Assembly: GCA_047285535.1 (NCBI GenBank)
Contig: JBJBDC010000001.1
Location: 2,656,136 to 2,720,135, forward strand
Direction of reading: 5' to 3'
Length of the DNA: 64,000 nucleotides
Source of the DNA: Synechococcus sp.
Lineage (GTDB): Bacteria > Cyanobacteriota > Cyanobacteriia > PCC-6307 > Cyanobiaceae
The first letter of the stretch is position 1, and every line of letters starts with the position of its first letter. Of the stretch, positions 42,679 to 49,515 are shown piece by piece. A model generated the notes under the pieces. That model was not told the DNA's origin. It did not search any database and was given only the letters and a program-made list of their open reading frames with translations. The position numbers were made by a program, and so were the translations under genes.

Positions 42679-43020
42679 TTAAAGCAACTTGAACCCCTCC
42701 AGCAAGAGCCCATAGAGCAGACCGATGCGTGTCATGTCCAGCAAGTCTCGTCCCAGATGTGGTCGTTGATTTTCAGCCCAATGTCTCCTGGTTCTCACCA
42801 TGAGTTCCCAGATGCTCACAGTGATCAAAGCTGCCACTGGATCCATCAAATTTAAAGCGCCCGCAACGGCTCCGATGGTGTTGCCAAAAGCGAAACTTGC
42901 TCCTAGCGCAATCAACATCAAGGAGGCTTTCCTCCAAGGATTAATGGCCCACTGATCCAGTCTTGAGGTGGCTTCCCCGAAGCTTGTCTGAAGTTTGGTC
43001 TTCTGCAATCGAGAGGTCAT
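42679..43020 (-). CDS. DUF565 (Ycf20-like) membrane protein
   Basis: LQKTKL..WAINPWR..IGLLYGLLLEGFKL. Confidence 0.88.
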   Translation of the reverse strand: MTSRLQKTKLQTSFGEATSRLDQWAINPWRKASLMLIALGASFAFGNTIGAVAGALNLMDPVAALITVSIWELMVRTRRHWAENQRPHLGRDLLDMTRIGLLYGLLLEGFKLL

Positions 43021-43223
43021 TGATCAACCTCCTCCAGACGAATAGATGTCAGGCTGACCACCGATCGATCCCCATCTCCCGGCCGGCATCCTGCCTAATA
43101 ATTAATACCTTGAAAATCCAATTTACTTGTATCGAATGAACATTTTTTAGCATTTCCTGTTGAAGCGTCATAGCCCCTCCTGCCCAGCTTTTGCATCATC
43201 GTCACTCTGGGGTGGGATGCAAT

Positions 43224-43424
43224 TCAATCAGAATCAGCTTTGGCTTTTCGAGATGATTTGCCTTCTAACAGCTCGAGGAGGGCTTCCATCTGTGCCATGA
43301 CGCCCCTTACTTCACCTGCTTCAGGCAAGAGCCCGTCTTCCATCACGCCTTGGTGCATTTCTCTTAACTCTTGGCGGATGTAGCGCAGGTGGCTCACCAC
43401 CTGTTCTCGTTTTGATTGAGACAT
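43224..43424 (-). CDS. Conserved picocyanobacterial hypothetical protein (66 aa)
   Basis: MSQSKREQVVSHLRYIRQELREMHQGV..GLLPEAGEV; helical, protein-like composition. Confidence 0.75.
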   Translation of the reverse strand: MSQSKREQVVSHLRYIRQELREMHQGVMEDGLLPEAGEVRGVMAQMEALLELLEGKSSRKAKADSD

Positions 43425-43477
43425 CGTACGGGGTGTTCGCTGACCTCCCTTTTACCGCATGGACGTTCCCTGTGTCG

Positions 43478-43624
43478 TTATCGACGTCCAAACCCTCCAG
43501 CCAGGGCAATCAGCGCATAGGTGATTAAGGCGGTTGGTCTGACCAGAATTGAGAGGGAAACAAGAGACAGTAGAGCGACCAGCAATGGCAAGCGCTTCGT
43601 TAAACGAGGACTTGGTAAGAACAT
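43478..43624 (-). CDS. Putative small membrane protein (48 aa)
   Basis: Hand translation MFLPSPRLTKRLPLLVALLSLVSLSILVRPTALITYALIALAGGFGRR; basic ends with a hydrophobic hairpin; below ORF-track cutoff. Confidence 0.5.
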   Translation of the reverse strand: MFLPSPRLTKRLPLLVALLSLVSLSILVRPTALITYALIALAGGFGRR

Positions 43625-43808
43625 CAGCAAGATTCCATTGCGATTACCGAGACCGCTTGAAGGTGAGTGCCCACAAGAAGCTGGAACCTGCTGGGACTCA
43701 AGGGGAACGTTTGGTTCTCTAAGAATGGCTGTGGTTCAAGGCCCCAAGTCATGGCTTGCCCTTGAATTTGAAAAATTAGCTTAATGCGCATGGTGATGAA
43801 TATGTAGC

Positions 43809-44504
43809 TCAGAACCCCTTTGCTCGAGGGCGCTGGCTTGAAAGCGAGATGTTTTTCATCTTCTCCGTTGGATGAGGATGTGCTGATATTGGCTGAGCTA
43901 CCGCGTTAAAGGCGAGAGACCAGCGTTCCCCGCTCCCCCGAAAAGGCATGACGGAATGCGGTTGCCAGGCTGGAAAAATGTAGAAATCACCAGGCTTGGG
44001 GAGTATGTACTTGGCCATCCCGGTGCGAAAGGATTGAAGGTGGTAGTCCTCCGGACCGTGAAAACAAAGCTGACCATCAAAGCTGGTGCCGTCTATTTGT
44101 TTTGGCACTTTCAAAAAGACAACTCCTGAAAAACTTCCTCCATGGGTATGCATAGGGTTGTAATCGCCCTCCCTTTGGCAATTCAGCCATACATCAATCA
44201 ATTTCAGTTGATAACGACCAGGTATCCAGGGGCCACGACCTTGAGGAGGTTGCTGGTCTATCACGTGTCGAATCCAGCGCTCACATCCATTGAGAAGGAC
44301 GCATTCTCCCAGCTCCTGAACAACTGGGTGTCTTGGATTGAGCTCTCGTTGTTGGTTGAGTCGACCAGCCAAGCGCCCTGATGCATCAGGATTTGATTCC
44401 GGATTACGGAGTACGTCTTCGCAATGGAGTAGAAGTTGATCGCGCAGTTTCAGATTAAGCTCACCTTGCACGATGGACCGTGGAAACAAATCAATAACGT
44501 TCAT
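43809..44504 (-). CDS. Putative 2OG-Fe(II) oxygenase (TIGR02466-like)
   Basis: WLN..GDYNPMHTH..FSGVVFL, IFPAWQPHSV.P..GERWSLAFN (HxH...H, RxS). Confidence 0.88.
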   Translation of the reverse strand: MNVIDLFPRSIVQGELNLKLRDQLLLHCEDVLRNPESNPDASGRLAGRLNQQRELNPRHPVVQELGECVLLNGCERWIRHVIDQQPPQGRGPWIPGRYQLKLIDVWLNCQREGDYNPMHTHGGSFSGVVFLKVPKQIDGTSFDGQLCFHGPEDYHLQSFRTGMAKYILPKPGDFYIFPAWQPHSVMPFRGSGERWSLAFNAVAQPISAHPHPTEKMKNISLSSQRPRAKGF

Positions 44505-44595
44505 GTGTTGAGGGTTGAGCCATGCTTATGGTAAAAAGTTAGGGGTCGATGCTTGTGTTAAAAGCAATTTATTGAATAGGAATTGATTGAATTTT

Positions 44596-44638
44596 ATTGT
44601 AAGTAGTTGAGTCTTTGTAAGTTGTTTCTGTTGCTACA
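44596..44638 (-). promoter_or_regulatory. Putative NtcA-activated promoter of the 2OG-Fe(II) oxygenase
   Basis: Minus strand TGTA-GCAACAGA-AACA, then 22 nt after the AAC, then TACAAT (44601-44596). Confidence 0.6.
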
Positions 44639-44984
44639 AGGTGGTGCTTGTCTGTCTGCTGCTGATGTCTTGTGTCTTGTTTATTGGGGATATGTCTTCA
44701 AGTTTTTTGCAAGCGCTTTCCTTCCTAGTCTGCGGGGCGGGATTTGATGGCTAGCTGGCTTTGTTTTCTGTGGGCAAAGCTCCAATCTTGATATTCATCA
44801 TCATATGATCCTTCCGTTCCGGGATCAATCACATTGTGCTTAGGGTGCTGAGTAGACTATTTCTATCGATAGCTTCCTTTGTAGCCAATTTTTACCTTTA
44901 GGAGAAAGTGAGCTGAATCTGGTTCAAGTAGTGAACTGATGTGGACGAAGTGAATGCAACATTTCGTCGCTGATCGAGTTCAAC

Positions 44985-45128
44985 TCAGAATCCTATTTGG
45001 CTCAAGATTCCTTGGCCGCTGAGAAGTTCGGTGACAAGGCCAATCACGAAGCCGAGCATGGCAAGACGACCATTCCATGTTTCTGCGAAATTGACAAAGC
45101 CGAAGTGAGATTGGGTGTTGTTAGTCAT
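44985..45128 (-). CDS. hli: High-light-inducible protein (HLIP)
   Basis: Hand translation MTNNTQSHFGFVNFAETWNGRLAMLGFVIGLVTELLSGQGILSQIGF; AExxNGRxAMxGF chlorophyll-binding motif. Confidence 0.96.
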   Translation of the reverse strand: MTNNTQSHFGFVNFAETWNGRLAMLGFVIGLVTELLSGQGILSQIGF

Positions 45129-45181
45129 GATTTCAGTCGAAGAATTAAGCCTCACTATGGTGAGGCTTTGTTGTTCAGGAA

Positions 45182-45352
45182 TTAGCCAGCAACAGCCGAG
45201 ATGCTGTAGGGAGCTTGAGGAAAGCTGGTGGGCATTGGATCGAGTTTGCCTTCGGCTAGAGCTTTAGCACGAATGTACATTTGACTTGATGTGGCACCAG
45301 CCGCTTCCATTGCTTTGGCGACGACGTTCCAGTTGCGAACTTCAGTAGACAT
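45182..45352 (-). CDS. Small hypothetical protein (56 aa) of a picocyanobacteria/cyanophage-type family
   Basis: MSTEVRNWNVVAKAMEAAGATSSQMYIRAKALAEGKLDPM; pattern NW..v..a.EaaG.t.s..Y.RA.a...G..DP recalled from small marine cyanobacterial/phage proteins. Confidence 0.75.
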   Translation of the reverse strand: MSTEVRNWNVVAKAMEAAGATSSQMYIRAKALAEGKLDPMPTSFPQAPYSISAVAG

Positions 45353-46195
45353 TTCAATTTGAATTGAAGGTGATCTAATGATCGGCAGCTCGATGCACTT
45401 GTCGTGAGAGGGAAACCCGTCCGCTGGCCGAACAAGCACTATGAGGCGGCTATGGATACTGTGCCCAGAATCAAATCGAACCAACGTGATCGCTTCTTCA
45501 ACTTGATTGCGCAGGAGAGTCAGCTTGTCATGATCAAAGAGATTGCTTCCTAAAGGATCGCTCTATGGATCACGAGAGGATGCATGACTTCTCAATAAGA
45601 GAAACAGTTGTCGTGAGTCGTGCTGATTACTTCTAATGATCTTCTCTCAGGTATAATTTGAGGTTGTATCGCAATTAGATTGGGGCTCTAGTGAGACATC
45701 GCGAACACCTTCGCTAATTCCTGTGCGCTCATGAAAATCAACTGGATCTTCACCAGCATTCAGTTGCTTAATCGCGAAATCAGAAGATCCTATATATTTC
45801 AAGGAGAGAATGAAGACAGATCTCCGAACCCATCTTGGATCTGCTTACCGCTTAGGCATTAAACACATTTAAATTTAGCCTCAGTAGAGGATTGTTAAAG
45901 TATTCCTTGGCTAAAACGACAGAAAGCGGCCTTAACTGCACACATGCTTGATCCAATACTGTCGCTTCTCTCAGGGTTGCGGTCGTGAGATTTGTTTTGT
46001 TCCGCAAAAGCTGGTTCAAGGAAAAGGGTTAATCACGCAGGCCTTAACCGCTGTTAAAGCAAGGGAAACCATTTTCTTCCCTTGAGTCATTTTCAGGCGA
46101 AGTTAGTGAATACAGCTTTGTTTCGATTCACTCATCTCTGTTTTAAATTCTGAATCGCCTTAAATATTCTGGTCTAATGAAAGCATCCTAAGAGG

Positions 46196-46408
46196 ATGCA
46201 GCCCATGGCTGATTGCTTGCAGAAGGTCACAGTTCTCGCCGAGATTACAGTCGATCTGAGTGTTCCTGAACTCCAGACAAAGAGGCAACTGAGCGAATGG
46301 ATCGAATCCAAGGTGGCTCGGACCCATTTCATAGACCATCTGAGGCCAGAGTCATTCAGAAGGCTTGAGGTGGTAAAGGTCGCAACCACCACTCAGATCA
46401 TTGGTTAA
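46196..46408 (+). CDS. Hypothetical protein (70 aa)
   Basis: ATG preceded by AAGAGG; protein-like composition; no recognisable motif. Confidence 0.45.
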   Translation: MQPMADCLQKVTVLAEITVDLSVPELQTKRQLSEWIESKVARTHFIDHLRPESFRRLEVVKVATTTQIIG

Positions 46409-46548
46409 ATCTCTTGTCTGCCCAGACCTCGCTTCCATTCATGAAACTCATCACAACTCCTCCAGCTTCGGTGCTGTTAGTGCTCGGCTTTCATGCGGGC
46501 TCACTAGACCGTTTGCGCTGCCTAGACATCGACAGCTGACACGTTCTA

Positions 46549-46633
46549 ATTGCAAAAGAGTATCAACAACAATTAGCCTCCTTGCTGAACAGAATCACCG
46601 CAAAGAATACGGCTATTGATTGTGATTCTCAAC
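46549..46633. promoter_or_regulatory. Fur-box-like elements upstream of ferritin
   Basis: ATTGCAAAAGAGTATCAAC (46549-46567) and ATTGATTGTGATTCTCAAC (46615-46633) resemble the 9-1-9 ATTGA(G/T)AAT-n-ATT(C/A)TCAAT palindrome. Confidence 0.45.
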
Positions 46634-46725
46634 AGCAAATCTTGTCTTGATAATGTTCGGTTCATTCGCCTTACATCGTCGAAAAAATGTAATAGAACGG
46701 AGGAGTCCTCGTTTCGGACACCCTC

Positions 46726-47307
46726 ATGACTCAATCCACAACCCAAGCCAAGATCAGCATCGCCACCGGACCTGCTGGTCGTGCCATGGCAGAAGCCATG
46801 TCACCGGAGATGGTCAGCCAATTGCAGGCCCATCTCAATCTGGAACGGCAATCCTCTGCTGACTATTTCGCTGCAGCCGTCTGGTTTGCAGAGCGCGAAC
46901 TCACTGGTTTTGCTGAACATCTGCGTAATGAAGCCAAGCAGGAGCAGGAGCATGCCGCAAAATTCGCCGACTATCTGATCTCCCGGGGTCAAACCGTTGA
47001 ACTCGATACGATCGAAGCACCTCGCCAGACATGGCCCGATCCAGAAGAGGTGATCGCCAACGTCTTCAAGATGGAAGCGGATGTCACCAGTTCTGTGCTG
47101 CAGCTGTATGCCACAGCAGAGCGCGATGTTGATCAACGCACAACGGTTTTCCTTGATCCCGTTGTTGATGATCAGCGAGCTTCAGAACATGAAGCCGCTT
47201 ACCTGCTGGGCCGGGTGAAGTATGCCAATGGTGAGCGTGCGGCGATGATGATCATTGACGCCGAACTCAGAGAAGATGAAGCGGAACCCGCAACGCTTCA
47301 GGGTTAA
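46726..47307 (+). CDS. ftn: Ferritin (non-haem)
   Basis: ATGPAGRAMAE N-terminus, HLNLER..Y, E..H (EQEH), ME..VT, FLDP..DQ..SE. Confidence 0.95.
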   Translation: MTQSTTQAKISIATGPAGRAMAEAMSPEMVSQLQAHLNLERQSSADYFAAAVWFAERELTGFAEHLRNEAKQEQEHAAKFADYLISRGQTVELDTIEAPRQTWPDPEEVIANVFKMEADVTSSVLQLYATAERDVDQRTTVFLDPVVDDQRASEHEAAYLLGRVKYANGERAAMMIIDAELREDEAEPATLQG

Positions 47308-47499
47308 GACTCAGTTCAAGCTTCTTGAACAATGCGTTTTCAATGTGGTCTGAATACGGCATGGCCTCAAGTTGAGGCCATGCAAAAAATACACAACCCA
47401 GCCATGAGCGGGATTGTGTATTGCTCCCAATAATGGTGAGGAAAAGTAACAGAGTCATTCACCCCGAAGGTTGCCAAGTTGGTGTATGCACATGGATAC

Positions 47500-47952
47500 T
47501 CAGCCTTCCGGTGCGTAATTACTGTATTGGCATTGATACTCAACTCTGAATTTCATGTGTGGAGATTCAATATTTGCTATGGGAACAAACTTGGCATTTC
47601 CCTGTTCATTCATGAGTCTATTGGGTTGAAACCCTTTTTGTAGGTTGAATGGCTGATTTGGCGTTCTTTGGTTTGGACAGGTGATGACAGGTGTTCGGCA
47701 TTTAAAAGATTTCACTGTTGGTTTTGGAACCCCTGCAAAACCTGGCGCTTTGTTGTATTTGCCATATGTTTTGACACCTACAGCTTTGAATCCTGGGGCA
47801 CATTTTAGTCGGAAAGGTGCTTGATTCGTCAATCCTGAGGGTGTTGATGGTCTTGCATTGGCAATGCTAGATGCAGTTGTGGTGATGCCTATTCCCAAAC
47901 TAATTAATGCAAGAGTGCAGGCACTTTTTGAGGCAAGTTGCAAAGCTGACAT
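47500..47952 (-). CDS. Hypothetical secreted protein (150 aa, four Cys in the mature part)
   Basis: Signal peptide ending ..SSIANA; basic mature region with CAPGF, CRTP..CP, YQCQY. Confidence 0.7.
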   Translation of the reverse strand: MSALQLASKSACTLALISLGIGITTTASSIANARPSTPSGLTNQAPFRLKCAPGFKAVGVKTYGKYNKAPGFAGVPKPTVKSFKCRTPVITCPNQRTPNQPFNLQKGFQPNRLMNEQGNAKFVPIANIESPHMKFRVEYQCQYSNYAPEG

Positions 47953-48051
47953 GGCTAAGATTCCGGTTTAGGATTCGATTGGCTTTGGTTCCAATCAACT
48001 TCACCATCGTCGATCTCCAAGGCGTTTGTTATGAGTGCGGTCAAACAAGTT

Positions 48052-48067
48052 TGTGATGTTCATCACA
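48052..48067. promoter_or_regulatory. CRP-type binding site
   Basis: TGTGA-TGTTCA-TCACA, exact TGTGA-N6-TCACA core, 100 bp upstream of the secreted-protein gene. Confidence 0.6.
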
Positions 48068-48334
48068 GTTATTTGATTTCATTGAGCTGGCTGTATTGCC
48101 GTCTTCAGCCGGATTTAGTCACTGCAGTTTATTGATGATTGTTGTTAAAAAATTCACGGAATGATGATGGAATCCCATCTGGGAGCTTTGGACCAGCCCA
48201 ATCAATCTGGATGAGCGCTTCGGTGATGAGCAAGATCACTAAAAGCAGTGAGTCTGGTCCACAGGCTCGATATTTAAAGGTGTAATGGTGTCAGGGCATG
48301 CCCAAGCCTGTTGTTGTTCACGCGTTAAAAGCTC

Positions 48335-48695
48335 ATGAAAATCACTTCTCAAAAAATCGTACTGGTTTCACTTGCTGCCTGCTTATCTATTCTTCCACTG
48401 TCATATTCATAATGCGATGACAGCTTCGTTGCTCGCTGATCGGCAAGCACGAATTGAATAGCCAAAATTGGGACCAAGTCTGAAAGTAAGGAGGCTGACG
48501 AATAGCGAATCGGTAAAAGCTGTTAAGGGGATTAACTATGTCATTGATGCTCTCAATTCAAGCGGGAGGACAATGTCATCAAAAAATGCAAGACTCGTTG
48601 GTTTATCTCCCTATTAGAAGAATGTGATAAAGAGAGAGTTAAATGATCTGAGCTCACAGGATAGGTCTGAGTTGAAGAAGTATTTTAGGCACTAG
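48335..48695 (+). pseudogene. Possible decayed secreted-protein gene
   Basis: Signal-like MKITSQKIVLVSLAACLSILPLSYS* then, in the +1 frame, ~90 protein-like codons interrupted by TAG at 48459 and 48615 and ending in TAG at 48693. Confidence 0.35.
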
Positions 48696-49164
48696 GTCGA
48701 GAGGCGAAAAAAGGTAGATGGAGGTCAGGGTGATTGTTCTGCAAGTGGAAGTCTGAACGATGCAAAAATGCATGACACTTTATTAGCCATTGTAAGTCTT
48801 TTTGGCCCTCCTTGTAGTTAAGTGAGCGTCTTTAAGACTGTTTTTGATGGTGGATTGGCCCTTGTTTTGCAGGGTCCTTTTGTTCGCCGATTGACTGCTC
48901 CATGTTTTGACTTGTTCTGCTCAGTCTTGAGGGCGATCTCAGTGTTGGCTGGTAACGTCGCAACTGAAATTCAGTTGCTTAATATGGACTCTCGAGCTGG
49001 ATAGTATGGATTGATTTGGGTGGCTGCTGGCTCTCTTTGGCACATTGAATTGATAAAGTTATAAGCTATTAATGGGTTAATGGTGAGGTGTTTGTTCTTT
49101 TTAAATCAACGCTATTTTGCTTTATTGGTTCTAATTGATCTGGATTAGCTGATTTGGGTGTCAA

Positions 49165-49237
49165 TGGAGAATAGGGGATTCGAACCCCTGACCTCTGCGG
49201 TGCGATCGCAGCGCTCTACCAGCTGAGCTAAATCCCC
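49165..49237 (-). tRNA. tRNA-Ala(CGC)
   Basis: GGGGATTTAGCTCAGCTGGTAGAGCG CTGCG-ATCGCAC-CGCAG ..GTTCGAATCCCCTATTCTCCA; G3:U70 present. Confidence 0.96.
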
Positions 49238-49311
49238 TTCTCCGTGAAACCTAGCGTCAGCTCTAGAGGCCTGCTCCAGGCAGAATGGAGTTTCAGCATC
49301 AGGCGACCAGC

Positions 49312-49515
49312 ATGCCGATCACGCCGGAATCTCTGGATGCCTTTGATGATGACAAGGTGGCTTCTCTGGCACGCCGTTTAGAGGAAGATGATTACCCCAC
49401 CCCTTTCGATGGTCTTGGGGATTGGCATTTGTTGCGTGCTCTAGCCATTCATCGGCCAGAGCTCACGGCTCCCTACGTTCATTTGATTGATCAGGAACCA
49501 TTCGATGAAGACTGA
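49312..49515 (+). CDS. DUF2555 family protein
   Basis: VASLARRLEEDDYPTPFDGLGDWHLLRALA; overlaps the coaBC start (start could be 49285). Confidence 0.85.
   Translation: MPITPESLDAFDDDKVASLARRLEEDDYPTPFDGLGDWHLLRALAIHRPELTAPYVHLIDQEPFDED

Noticed and set aside
43128..43142. TGTATCGAATGAACA NtcA-like site upstream of DUF565
   Set aside because: Spacing is one base short (TGT-N9-ACA).
43430..43790. Possible 6S RNA, tmRNA or RNase P RNA in this intergenic region
   Set aside because: No diagnostic sequence recognised; better explained by a 48-aa ORF and a hairpin at 43736-43767.
44881..44895. GTAGCCAATTTTTAC NtcA-like site
   Set aside because: The spacer is 9 nt rather than 8, and no appropriately placed -10 box was seen.
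43000..49164. Second copy of the tRNA-Ala 3' end marking the far islet boundary
   Set aside because: No convincing match to TGGAGAATAGGGGATTCGAA found by eye, so the left boundary is approximate.
6026..49209. HIP1 octamer GCGATCGC
   Set aside because: Only a handful of scattered copies noticed, with no obvious over-representation, as expected for marine picocyanobacteria.
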